A stretch of DNA of 64,000 nt from a virus (lineage: Duplodnaviria > Heunggongvirae > Uroviricota > Caudoviricetes), in IMG/VR virus record IMGVR_UViG_3300046787_000353, positions 1 through 64,000 of that record. One strand, given 5' to 3'. Positions 54,246 through 63,892 of this stretch are shown piece after piece. The position numbers were made by a program, and so were the translations under genes. The notes below the pieces were generated by a model. The model did no database searches. It saw only the letters and a list, made by a program, of their open reading frames with translations, and was not told where the DNA came from. The first letter of the stretch is position 1; each line of letters opens with the position of its first letter.

Positions 54246-54489
54246 TGAAAATCAATGAGTTATATATTAGTTTGTTCTCTTATTTACTACCCCTTATTCC
54301 TGGTCAAATGGTAGAAAAATGTACTTTTTGGTATCCCCACATTCGTTAGGTTCTGCCAAAGTTTCATTGTTGATTTCCAACCAATCTGCTACTTCACTTG
54401 CTGTCATAGATTCACAACCTTCTACCGCAGTAGATGTACAAGCTAAACATATTTTAAATAATTCTTCCATATTCGTTTTGTTTTATTTA

Positions 54490-55314
54490 CTATAAATATA
54501 AAGTTTTTATCTTATCGTATAAAATATCCCCAAATATTCTATTTCCATCAATACAAAGATGTCCTTCTGGAAACAATAAAGGAAATCCCCTATCTCCCAT
54601 CCAATCACTACCTGTTAATCTCATACGTTTAGACCATTCCATAGGAGTTTCGCCACCAAATAGGTCAATCCAATACGGATTAGTTTCAATTTCGATTTGA
54701 ACCTCTCTCACCCATTCTATCAGATGTATCTTAATATGTGGGTACTGAATCCTTAGTGAATCAAACCATTTGGTTAACTCCATCACAAATATACGATACC
54801 TCTCCCCCAGTAATTCAAAGTTCTGATGTAAGGTGGTATCAACCCACTTTAAATCCATTTTCCCTACCGCTAATCCACTTTCAATCAGTTGGGCTAGTTC
54901 CAATCCACTCATCGGTGTAGACCCCTCTAAATCAAAGGAAAACGAGCGAAACGGATGGGTTAGTTGGAAAACGATGGATTCCACGTCGTTAAGTCCCCGA
55001 TTTTGGATGTATTCCACCAATGTCGAAAGGGATTTTCCGTTGGAGTTTCCCGGTTGAGATAAGTTCACCTCTTCCAATCCCAATCGTTTTGAAAGGAGTT
55101 TGGACCACCTATTGGTTTTTATGAAATCCATTTGTTCCTTTGAGAGTCTATCCCATTGTTGACCCCTTCCAATCCAATCCATTCCGTATGATTGAGGTGA
55201 AGCCAATTCCAATCCCTGTCCCCAACTCCAACTACAACCGGTGAATACCATTTTATTCATAGGATATGGATTTCCTATCCATTGAGATGTTTTTACAAAA
55301 ACGAATATCGGCAT
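54490..55314 (-). CDS. hypothetical protein (274 aa)
   Basis: Minus-strand ORF. Confidence 0.5.
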   Translation of the reverse strand: MPIFVFVKTSQWIGNPYPMNKMVFTGCSWSWGQGLELASPQSYGMDWIGRGQQWDRLSKEQMDFIKTNRWSKLLSKRLGLEEVNLSQPGNSNGKSLSTLVEYIQNRGLNDVESIVFQLTHPFRSFSFDLEGSTPMSGLELAQLIESGLAVGKMDLKWVDTTLHQNFELLGERYRIFVMELTKWFDSLRIQYPHIKIHLIEWVREVQIEIETNPYWIDLFGGETPMEWSKRMRLTGSDWMGDRGFPLLFPEGHLCIDGNRIFGDILYDKIKTLYL

Positions 55315-55523
55315 TACTCAATGTCCATATCTCACCATTATCCATCGCACATACCCAAAGAAGATTATGTTCTTGTGAGTAATCGATACACATAAAGGCA
55401 TATCCCTCCATCTTATCGGATACCCTAACTATCGGAATCATCGGATTTAATTGAATGTGAGAATGCATAACTATCAAAAAATTTTGGGTTTACGACTCGG
55501 TCTCCCCAGCCCCTCTCCGTTTT

Positions 55524-56117
55524 TTAGTGTTTATGTTTAACTTCGTGCTCTTCCCAAGGTTTAGTTGGTTTGGTATTAGGAAAACTGAAACATCTCCATT
55601 TCTTAGATTTATCAAAATAGATATGCTTTACCATAACAGTTGGAACAGTTGCTCCTGATGATAATTTGATTGATTTTGGTCCGAATATCAATTCCACTTT
55701 AATTGTAAGTGGTTCTACATCATCCCATTTTCTTTCTTGCTCTTCTAACAATCTCCACTCGCCTCTATTCATATATTGGTCTTGCAATGCGCAATTCAAA
55801 TATGAGAAAGTTTGTTTAAGATTTTCCATATTATCAGAAAATGTTGCAGCCGGTGCCAAATGTCCTTTATCATAAACATTCGTTTTATAATCAGCCCCAT
55901 CGGATGTAATGATTCCCTTTTCAGTATAGAAATCCATTGCCCCTCTATTTACCTTCGTAGGTCGATTAATTGAATGATACGTTAATTCGATTGGTTGTTG
56001 TAGTTGTTGTGAATATATCACTTGAAACACTTGATTAGTAATTTGTACATTCTCTTGCGCAGATAACGATAATGTTACACATAACGTAACAATCATACTT
56101 AATAAAACTCTCTTCAT
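55524..56117 (-). CDS. Secreted DNA/RNA non-specific endonuclease (Serratia NucA family)
   Basis: N-terminal signal peptide MKRVLLSMIVTLCVTLSLSAQ. Active-site-like DKGHLAP (DRGH motif) and NCALQDQYMNRGEW (metal-binding Asn context). Confidence 0.65.
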   Translation of the reverse strand: MKRVLLSMIVTLCVTLSLSAQENVQITNQVFQVIYSQQLQQPIELTYHSINRPTKVNRGAMDFYTEKGIITSDGADYKTNVYDKGHLAPAATFSDNMENLKQTFSYLNCALQDQYMNRGEWRLLEEQERKWDDVEPLTIKVELIFGPKSIKLSSGATVPTVMVKHIYFDKSKKWRCFSFPNTKPTKPWEEHEVKHKH

Positions 56118-56356
56118 TTTTGCTTATTTAATAGTTTGGTATAATACAAATATAGCCCAAAAAAGAATCCCGCAATACAATACAAAACGAAGTTCGCCTT
56201 CCATAAACTTCCTGTCAGTAGTAGTAGGGAATATTGTACGGCATCGAATCCAAAAGGATTGAAGAATAATGCTAACATTAGGACTAAATCTTTGTAGAAA
56301 TGAAGCCTTTTGTGTTTCTCTCTTAATGTGTTTTTTATTTTTCCTATCACAATCAC
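56114..56356 (-). CDS. small membrane protein (80 aa)
   Basis: Two or three hydrophobic segments. An alternative frame, 56124..56360, overlaps it. Confidence 0.4.
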   Translation of the reverse strand: MIVIGKIKNTLREKHKRLHFYKDLVLMLALFFNPFGFDAVQYSLLLLTGSLWKANFVLYCIAGFFFGLYLYYTKLLNKQK

Positions 56357-56631
56357 TCATTCTTTTTTGGTTTGGTTAATAATAGGTAACCTTTCGTATA
56401 AGTATATAATTGTATAATTTAAGGAACTTTCATAATAGTATTAGGAATATCCTATTTTTCTTTCTTTTTCACAATTTTAGCGCATATTTATATTAAAAAA
56501 ATATAATATATGTTAAATTTAGTTATCGCACTTTTACTTATGTGTAGTTCATTGGGAATCACACTTTCAAAAACAAATAAAGAGGAAGTTATCCGTAAAC
56601 CAAGACAACACACCGAACCATTGAAATTGGA

Positions 56632-58038
56632 TTAGAGCATCATACGTGTTCCAATCAAAAAGTTACTTGTAAGTGGTGTTCCCGGTGTAGTATTCACATT
56701 CAATTTATAATTAAATGAGAATCCAAATCTCTTAGTTATTTTGTAATCAAATGAAGAACCTACCAAAAATCCAAAGTGTCTACCTACCATAGTATTTCCA
56801 GTAAATGTATTATATCCCATCGGTGAATACATTGCAAATAATTGTGGAGATAATGATAATTTTTTGGAGTACTGAAATGGTTTAGTCCAAAATACTACTG
56901 CTGATGTTGATATCGATACATCCCATTTTTGCTTACTTCCTGGCAACATTAACATAACTGTGCCAACGTTGTATCCATATACTCCTAATTTCGGATGTGG
57001 TTTAATCCAAGTATATCCAACCAATCCCATCCAATTACCTTTCAAATATGCAGTTGTTAGGGAATAAGAATTTATTGCTTTTAATTTCCCACCTTCGAAA
57101 TCCATTTTAGTTACACCACCACTTAATGCGAATTGGTCTAATGAACTCCATATCATCGATGTTAATGAATAGGTAACATCTCCAGCCATAGAACTTCTAC
57201 TAATACCTACATTTGCTATTGCGTTATAAGTACCATCTACGTTTTCAGCCGTTGTTAAATCTGATGATATTAATAATGGGTTAAGATTTTGTGCCTTTTC
57301 TTTCTTCTCCTCCTTTTTTTCCTCTTTCTTCTCTTCCGATTTACTCTCCTCTTTTTTCTCTTCCTTTGATTCCGATTTAGCTTCTTCCTTTTTCTCTTCA
57401 GTCTTACTTTCGGATTTACTTTCCGATTTTGATTCCGTTTTAGCTTCAGTCTTTGTTTCAGTTTTACTTTCGGATGATGATGAACTACTACTGCTAGATG
57501 ATGAACTGCTCGATGGAGATGATGTATTACTACTACTAGCGGGTGGTGGTGTTGATGTAGGTGGCGGAGCTGCCGCTGCCGATGCCGTAGAACTTGCAGC
57601 AGCTGATGCGGAACTACTAGCAGCAGTTGATGCCGATGATGATGCCGCCGAACTTGCGGCTGCCGAAGCAGCGGTACTTGCCGCAGCGGATGCTGCTTGG
57701 GTTGCAGCCGAACTTGCTGCCTGTGAAACGGCTTGACTCACAGTCTGTTGAACAGTCTGTACTACAACGGGACTAGTTTGGCATGCTAATGTACTATAAA
57801 CTAAATAAGTAGTTTGTAACCATAGTTGTAGTTGCCCACTCTGAACTTCCAATGGAGTAAATACTTTAACTTGGTCATAGAATGAAACTACTGCGTTTCC
57901 ATTTACATACTTAGTGGTAGCTACCTTAACTTCTCCAGTACATTTATCTATAAATGTTTGGGTATAAGTTTGTCCTTTCGCTTGTTGAGCGAATAAAACG
58001 ATAGCAATTAATATAACACTTAGTATCCATTTTTTCAT
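56632..58038 (-). CDS. Secreted protein with long Ala/Ser/Thr/Pro and Lys/Glu/Ser low-complexity linker and a C-terminal beta-barrel-like domain (OMP-like)
   Basis: Signal peptide. Repeats of the types AASSAATQAASAAAS and SESKTE/KKEE. The C-terminal 200 aa have alternating hydrophobic beta-strand character and end in TRMML. Confidence 0.55.
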   Translation of the reverse strand: MKKWILSVILIAIVLFAQQAKGQTYTQTFIDKCTGEVKVATTKYVNGNAVVSFYDQVKVFTPLEVQSGQLQLWLQTTYLVYSTLACQTSPVVVQTVQQTVSQAVSQAASSAATQAASAAASTAASAAASSAASSSASTAASSSASAAASSTASAAAAPPPTSTPPPASSSNTSSPSSSSSSSSSSSSSSESKTETKTEAKTESKSESKSESKTEEKKEEAKSESKEEKKEESKSEEKKEEKKEEKKEKAQNLNPLLISSDLTTAENVDGTYNAIANVGISRSSMAGDVTYSLTSMIWSSLDQFALSGGVTKMDFEGGKLKAINSYSLTTAYLKGNWMGLVGYTWIKPHPKLGVYGYNVGTVMLMLPGSKQKWDVSISTSAVVFWTKPFQYSKKLSLSPQLFAMYSPMGYNTFTGNTMVGRHFGFLVGSSFDYKITKRFGFSFNYKLNVNTTPGTPLTSNFLIGTRMML

Positions 58039-58041
58039 TTA

Positions 58042-58761
58042 TTATTTTTCAAATATACCACGCTTTACCATTTTACTCAATATGTTAGCACAAGCTATAT
58101 CCAATGCTTTTTTAGTTGAGGTGGAAATTGTTGATTGGTTAAATTTAATTGGGTCTACCGTTGCATCCGATAAAAAAGTCAATTCTCGTTTAGTAGTTGC
58201 TTCACCCAATCCCGATGCTGCTATAACCGTACCTGTTTCGGCGTCCGTAAATCTAACTTGTAAACCTAAACGGGTTACCATCATATCTTTGATACCATCT
58301 TTTAAACTAATGGATTCATCTTCTGAAACTGAATAGTCATATACTTCAATTTCTACAAAGTAATGCGCTAAACGAATCTTTCCTCTACCATCTAATTTAT
58401 CTTCGGAAATACCTTTTTGAGAAGCCTGAAATTGTTTAACCATTCTGTTTTTAATTTCAGTCTTGTCCTCTGTAAAGATAAACCTGTTAAGATTATCCAA
58501 ATATTCCAACGTGATATTAGCCACACCCAAACCCACTTTCTTTTCTTTGAGTTCTGGATATTGCTCATAAACTTCATCACCAATACCACATTTAAGGATT
58601 TGAATTGGAATTTGTTTACCATCATAATCTAAAAATTGTGAAATGTCAGTTTTCTTTTCGAAACTTGCTTTATATTGTTCAGTTTGAACTTTTCCGATAG
58701 TTTGCCCAAACATAGTTACACTACATAATAGGAAACTCAATAATACTAATAGATTTTTCAT
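58042..58761 (-). CDS. secreted protein (239 aa, signal peptide)
   Basis: N-terminus MKNLLVLLSFLLCSVTMFGQ. Confidence 0.55.
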   Translation of the reverse strand: MKNLLVLLSFLLCSVTMFGQTIGKVQTEQYKASFEKKTDISQFLDYDGKQIPIQILKCGIGDEVYEQYPELKEKKVGLGVANITLEYLDNLNRFIFTEDKTEIKNRMVKQFQASQKGISEDKLDGRGKIRLAHYFVEIEVYDYSVSEDESISLKDGIKDMMVTRLGLQVRFTDAETGTVIAASGLGEATTKRELTFLSDATVDPIKFNQSTISTSTKKALDIACANILSKMVKRGIFEK

Positions 58762-58792
58762 ACATAAATTGTTTTGTGTTTATGTATAAATA

Positions 58793-58828
58793 TAAAAAAA
58801 AGGGAGAAACTAATGTTCTCCCTTTTTA
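58793..58828 (-). terminator. rho-independent terminator (bidirectional hairpin)
   Basis: agggagaa/ttctccct stem flanked by A-runs and T-runs. Confidence 0.6.
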
Positions 58829-58832
58829 ATTA

Positions 58833-59129
58833 CTATCCTATTTCCTCATCTTTAGGTGTTTCCTTCTTATGAGTAAACTTATCTAATGTATCAGCTCCCA
58901 TTCCGATTGCCGTTATTACCATTACTGCGTTTACCAAATCTGCCGAAGGTTTGAAATCTTCATGTGAGAATGAGTTTAATGTCATTGTTACACATAAGAA
59001 TAATGCTCCTGCGAATGCGATTACCGGTTTTACTGATATCGAACCTCTTTCATCTTTGAAAATTTCGATTATCCATTCTTTAAATGTCATAGTTTTGTCT
59101 TTTAATTGTTTATAAACTATGTAACTCAT
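58833..59129 (-). CDS. small membrane protein (98 aa, 2 TM segments), holin-like topology
   Basis: Two hydrophobic helices and a charged C-terminus. Confidence 0.4.
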   Translation of the reverse strand: MSYIVYKQLKDKTMTFKEWIIEIFKDERGSISVKPVIAFAGALFLCVTMTLNSFSHEDFKPSADLVNAVMVITAIGMGADTLDKFTHKKETPKDEEIG

Positions 59130-59141
59130 TCAGTAACCATA

Positions 59142-59762
59142 TTATCCTGCCATTTCGGCTTCTTCATCTTTAATCTTCCCACACTTCAAACATTCTTCTT
59201 CACCATCACCATCTAAGTCACCCCAAACGTGCTCACATTGTCTGTGTTTAAAGTATTCATCGATTTTACCATCACCATCGAAATCTAACCCATCCATTAC
59301 ACCATCTCCATCTTCATCAATTTCAACACCTACTTTAGCTTGGACAGGAGCTTGGACAGATTGTCCAACTTCAACTTGGTCGGTAGCTTGGTCACTAACT
59401 TGGTCGGTTGTTGGTAATACCAATGGTGCTATACTCATTGGAACTATTGGAGTATTTGGTAAATCTGCTGTATTACTTAACGATGTCCCATCTTCCTCAT
59501 CCATTTTCTGAACTAACATTTTATCCTTATCGGTATCACTAAACCAATAGTCAATGATTTTACCATAAGAACCAATAAATGCTCCTAATAATAATAAAAG
59601 AAGTTCTTTCCATTCTCCCGCAATTGGTGATTGCCCTAATATAGCGGCAAACATACCACCAATTATTAACATAAATCCTCCTAATACTAACGCAGTGATA
59701 TACCACCTACGTCTCATCATACTACTCAATAGGTCTTTAAAACCACTTGGTTGTTCTGCCAT
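59142..59762 (-). CDS. membrane protein with C-terminal DxDxDG calcium-binding-like repeats
   Basis: N-terminal TM segments. DGDGVMDGLDFDGDGKIDE and DLDGDGEEECLKCG. Confidence 0.5.
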   Translation of the reverse strand: MAEQPSGFKDLLSSMMRRRWYITALVLGGFMLIIGGMFAAILGQSPIAGEWKELLLLLLGAFIGSYGKIIDYWFSDTDKDKMLVQKMDEEDGTSLSNTADLPNTPIVPMSIAPLVLPTTDQVSDQATDQVEVGQSVQAPVQAKVGVEIDEDGDGVMDGLDFDGDGKIDEYFKHRQCEHVWGDLDGDGEEECLKCGKIKDEEAEMAG

Positions 59763-59788
59763 TTTGTTATTCTCTTTATTTGTTTAAA

Positions 59789-60118
59789 TTACCATTCAGC
59801 TGGTTTCTCTTTGAACTCATCTCCTTCTTTTTTCTTAGGAGCGGGGGCCGGTGCTGCTTTAGCAGGTGCCGCAGATGCTGCTCCACCATTTCCACCTCTT
59901 TCGATAATCACAGTCTTACCCGCTGATTGTTGCTGAGATTGTTGATTTGAGTTTGTAATATTGATTACAGGTGCCGCTTGTACGGGAGCAGGTGCTTCTT
60001 CACCACCACCCAATAAGGTAGTAGCCCATACTCCAGCTGCCGTTACTATTGTTCCTAATGTACCAATGATGGTTTTCTTTAATCCACTCATTGTTCCTTC
60101 TTGTTCTTCTTCTGCCAT
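59789..60118 (-). CDS. Ala/Pro-rich membrane-anchored protein (109 aa)
   Basis: TM segment followed by an APAPVQAAPV low-complexity stretch. Confidence 0.45.
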   Translation of the reverse strand: MAEEEQEGTMSGLKKTIIGTLGTIVTAAGVWATTLLGGGEEAPAPVQAAPVINITNSNQQSQQQSAGKTVIIERGGNGGAASAAPAKAAPAPAPKKKEGDEFKEKPAEW

Positions 60119-60141
60119 TGTGTTAACGTTTTGTTTGTTTA

Positions 60142-60504
60142 TTATAATTTATTGAAATCCGTAATTCCTAACATAACCCCACTAGCATTATAGATACCAA
60201 TTCTATATGCTGATGATGGTAATGCTTTGGTGTAAACTTTTAAGATATTATCTCCAACTTTTACACCCAATTGTTCTTTAGATACCACTTTATTTGCGAT
60301 ATCAAATATTTTAATCGTAATAGTTCCCGCCTCATCTGCTTTCACATTCATTGCAACTTCCGATGTTACAAATGCTGTTTCCAATTTGATTCCCATTGGT
60401 TTGGTTATTGTCAAATTAGGTGATATTGGTTCTGGCAAAATATCATCTTTACTGCATCCACCAAATCCAATTACTATTAATGCTACTATAAGTATTTTTT
60501 TCAT
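60142..60504 (-). CDS. lipoprotein (120 aa)
   Basis: Lipobox GFGGC. Confidence 0.5.
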   Translation of the reverse strand: MKKILIVALIVIGFGGCSKDDILPEPISPNLTITKPMGIKLETAFVTSEVAMNVKADEAGTITIKIFDIANKVVSKEQLGVKVGDNILKVYTKALPSSAYRIGIYNASGVMLGITDFNKL

Positions 60505-60505
60505 T

Positions 60506-60847
60506 TTATTTTATTATTATTGTTGTTTTTCCTATTTCTTTTTTAGTAACATCTTCTAATAACAAATATAAATATTGAGATTGTATCGAATTCGTATAAA
60601 TCTTTTTTACATTTTCTCCATATTGACCAATAAACCTTTCTCTACTAATTACTTGCCCACTCTCTTTATCAATTAAAGTCAATGTATATGTTCCTGCGGA
60701 TGGTAAATCGAAGTGTATAGATTGTCCGTTTACTACTTTACTTTCACCTACATTAAATATTTTTTCAACAGGCATAGTAGGTGTTGGTAAGTCGGGTTTG
60801 GTACACCCTACTAACAAAATCAATGATATTAATAGTATCTTCTTCAT
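60506..60847 (-). CDS. lipoprotein (113 aa)
   Basis: Lipobox LLVGC. Confidence 0.5.
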   Translation of the reverse strand: MKKILLISLILLVGCTKPDLPTPTMPVEKIFNVGESKVVNGQSIHFDLPSAGTYTLTLIDKESGQVISRERFIGQYGENVKKIYTNSIQSQYLYLLLEDVTKKEIGKTTIIIK

Positions 60848-63153
60848 TAGTTTACCTTTACTTTTAATTGTGTTCCACTCTTACTTACTGCATCAGTATT
60901 TGAAATTGAAGTCAATCCCAATGTACTACTTAATCCCTGCAATGGTAAGAATGTTATTTTATATTCAGTTGTTTTATCCAATATAGTTGAACCATCGGTT
61001 ATCAATGAACCCAATGTTATAGATGAACCTCTATCAGTTCCAAAATTAGTAGGCATTCCCTTTGTAGTGAATTCTACCTTTTCAAATTTTAGAGCAGTAT
61101 TATCATAGTTTAAATTGAATTGCGTACCAACTAACTCTTGTTGTAATGGGTCTACTGATATTGTTACTATCAATTTACCACCAACATTTTCACCCATTAG
61201 GTATGCGTTGATTTGATTGGAAACCGATTGAGTTGATAAACTCATTGTTCTATATGAATTGGTTACAACACTACTTATGGGTTGCTTTGCCGAATGAGAT
61301 AAGTTCACATCACCCAACCAAGTTACATTAACATTATATGTATTATTTAATACCCCACTATTCAAATTAAATGGATACAAACTTCTTGTTGAGTTGAATT
61401 GAGTATTCCAATTAGATTTAGTTATAGCATCGTATTCACTTTTACCATATATTTTCATCAAATAGGTTAATGCTGAATATTGTGTAAGTGGTTCTATTCC
61501 TGTCAAATGTTGTAATAGTTTGTAAGTATCTGCTTCATTGAATACCCCATTACCATCCACGTCTGCATTCATATATTGAATACCCGAAGTAAATTCATTT
61601 CCACTCTCATTTCCAAACAAACCACCATTTGATAGTTCTTTGAAAGCTAAATAAACATCCGTTACACTTACAATACTATTATACAATGTGTTCAATTCGG
61701 TTTGATTATTAGCGATTACATCAATTCCATGTTGTTTAAAACTTTGAATCGGTGAGAATTCGAATTCGGCGGTCAGTGCATAATATGAACCACCATTTCT
61801 AATATTAGATGTATATGATGAGCCTGCGAAATTAAATTGTGTAGTTGTATAAACATAAACCTCTGTCCAACCACTTGGGTCATAACTACTATAAGTTACC
61901 GGTCCATTATATAAATCAAATAATTGTAGATTACTAATTGTAGATGGGTCTGAAAGAATACCATTTACTTCTCTACTATCAATTCCAATCCTATATCTCT
62001 GATTATACGAATCATATTCATATATTACACACCACTCCACTTGTCCAGCAGTGGATGATACTTTAACACCACCATTTGATATTTTAGCAGTATCCAAATC
62101 ATTTGTAATATCTACCTTACCTAATCCACTTAATGCTCTCGATGTATTGGTTGTTACACCCCATACATTATTTAGATAAGTGTTTGCTTTTGCTGAAAAT
62201 TTAGTTTCATCCACATTACCACCAAAATCAAAATTGAATCGTGCAGTTAGAACTTCTCCATTTGAATGAGTTGTTGAATTGGTATAAAAATCAGTAAAAG
62301 TTTGGTCATCCGGATTACTCCAAGTTCCATACTCAATTACATAGGGATTGTTCCATTGGTTATATAAATCATTCCATTTATTACCATTCCATTTTGTTAC
62401 CGCATAATCCTCTCCATGATTATAACCATTTGGCTCACCCTGTGCCCAGTTGTTATATACTCCAGGAATATTTCCAGCAGTTGGTCCATTGGAAGTTTTC
62501 ATTACCGTTCCCTTTTCAGGTCCGGCATCAATTACCCAAGTTCCATCAATTACTTCATCCGTTGCAGCAAACCATATATTAGTTGCAGGTACATTTGCTT
62601 GAATAAACGCATCTTCATCTGCCGATGTTATTGTTACTAAATATCCTTGCTGTCCTTTGAATGTTGTAGCTAATGCGTTTGCTCTTGCAGTTTTATAGTA
62701 TGTACCCGTTGTTACAGGTTTATAAAAGTGTCCGTTTACACCATTGTAATAATAACCGGTTGGATTGATTGTTGCCGCAACTGATAATTTTACATTACCT
62801 TTTGTTGTACCGGTATTTACTTTTAACGATGCTAATGCCGTATTGATACTTACCATCGAACCCGTCACTACTAAACGAGTCTTATTACCAATTAAAGTAA
62901 ATCCACTTGCCGCAGTTAAACCGGTGTAGGTATTTAAGTAGAATGTTGTTCCCGATGGATATTCTACTAAACTAATTGATGCCAATATCACATCAGTTGT
63001 ATTGAATCCACTTAATACAAATCCACTTGCATCTTGTCCAGTTGTAGATGGTATAAACGATTTAGAGTCCGGAGCAGATACACTCTGTCCGAACCCTAAA
63101 AATGATGTTAATAATAATAAAAATGATATAACTACTTTTTTCATATTATTCAA
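60847..63153 (-). CDS. Secreted C-type lectin domain (CTLD) protein with dockerin/EF-hand-like Ca-binding loop; candidate receptor-binding / fibre protein
   Basis: Signal peptide. CTLD signature WFAATDEVIDGTWV ... NWAQGEPNGYNHGEDYAVTKWNGNKWNDLYN (WIGL-like, EPN and WND motifs). Dockerin-like DVDGNGVFNEADTYKLLQHL. Its C-terminal 100 aa are paralogous to 63146..63892. Confidence 0.75.
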   Translation of the reverse strand: MNNMKKVVISFLLLLTSFLGFGQSVSAPDSKSFIPSTTGQDASGFVLSGFNTTDVILASISLVEYPSGTTFYLNTYTGLTAASGFTLIGNKTRLVVTGSMVSINTALASLKVNTGTTKGNVKLSVAATINPTGYYYNGVNGHFYKPVTTGTYYKTARANALATTFKGQQGYLVTITSADEDAFIQANVPATNIWFAATDEVIDGTWVIDAGPEKGTVMKTSNGPTAGNIPGVYNNWAQGEPNGYNHGEDYAVTKWNGNKWNDLYNQWNNPYVIEYGTWSNPDDQTFTDFYTNSTTHSNGEVLTARFNFDFGGNVDETKFSAKANTYLNNVWGVTTNTSRALSGLGKVDITNDLDTAKISNGGVKVSSTAGQVEWCVIYEYDSYNQRYRIGIDSREVNGILSDPSTISNLQLFDLYNGPVTYSSYDPSGWTEVYVYTTTQFNFAGSSYTSNIRNGGSYYALTAEFEFSPIQSFKQHGIDVIANNQTELNTLYNSIVSVTDVYLAFKELSNGGLFGNESGNEFTSGIQYMNADVDGNGVFNEADTYKLLQHLTGIEPLTQYSALTYLMKIYGKSEYDAITKSNWNTQFNSTRSLYPFNLNSGVLNNTYNVNVTWLGDVNLSHSAKQPISSVVTNSYRTMSLSTQSVSNQINAYLMGENVGGKLIVTISVDPLQQELVGTQFNLNYDNTALKFEKVEFTTKGMPTNFGTDRGSSITLGSLITDGSTILDKTTEYKITFLPLQGLSSTLGLTSISNTDAVSKSGTQLKVKVN

Positions 63154-63892
63154 CTATTAAGTTTATCTTATTTCCACTTGCATCTACTGCATCTGATAAA
63201 ACAAAGTAGAACAATCCAGCCGTATTCGTTAATGGTGTCTTTGGTGTAAATATTAATTTATAAGGTGTGCCCACTTTTATTCTAGCCGTTTTTAATTGGT
63301 CAATAGAACCAAACGTTAATCTACCATTATCATGTGTAGAGAAGTTTGTAATTGTACTTCCAGCATCAAATACTACATTATCCAATGTTAATTTAGATTC
63401 ATCATAGTTCATTATCACTTGCAAACCTGCTAATTCTGCTTTTGTTAAAGTAGTAGTTAATACAACCTTACCACCTTCCAATGTAGAAGTTACACTTAAT
63501 TTAGCGGTTTCTAACGTTTTAGCTGCGTATGCCATTGGAGATGATACCGACATCGTTCTATTCATAGTTGAAATAGTAGGATTAATTGAATTTGTATATT
63601 GACCGGTTGCTACTTTAGTTGCAATTACCGATGGGTCTGATGAATGCGACCAATTCAAATCACCACCCCATGCGAATACCGCATCAACTACTTGCTGTGG
63701 TTGGGTGATAGTTACTTTATTCGTCACAACACCATCTAACCAACTTTGGTTTAATAATCCACTATACCATCTTACGGATGTTGATGTTGGTGTAGGAATC
63801 ATAGCATTTGAATCCACATTGATACCCATCACGTGTGCAAATAAATTATATGAATCACTCTCACTAAATGTAGTTTTTCCTTTTGTAATCAA
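63146..63892 (-). CDS. protein sharing the C-terminal domain of the CTLD protein (248 aa); N-terminally truncated paralog
   Basis: Aligned blocks are NVTWLGDVNLSHS/VFAWGGDLNWSHS, FNLNYDNTALKFEKVEF/VIMNYDESKLTLDNVVF and YKITFLP/YKLIFTP. Confidence 0.55.
   Translation of the reverse strand: MITKGKTTFSESDSYNLFAHVMGINVDSNAMIPTPTSTSVRWYSGLLNQSWLDGVVTNKVTITQPQQVVDAVFAWGGDLNWSHSSDPSVIATKVATGQYTNSINPTISTMNRTMSVSSPMAYAAKTLETAKLSVTSTLEGGKVVLTTTLTKAELAGLQVIMNYDESKLTLDNVVFDAGSTITNFSTHDNGRLTFGSIDQLKTARIKVGTPYKLIFTPKTPLTNTAGLFYFVLSDAVDASGNKINLIVE

Noticed and set aside
60847-63892. T9SS C-terminal sorting domains on the CTLD protein and its paralog, with 56632..58038 as a PorP/SprF-like partner, implying that this block is host DNA
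   Set aside because: The shared C-terminal module lacks the motifs I associate with type A or type B T9SS CTDs. Gene orientation and compaction continue the phage pattern. I therefore kept the block as phage, probably structural or receptor-binding, though host origin cannot be excluded from this window alone.
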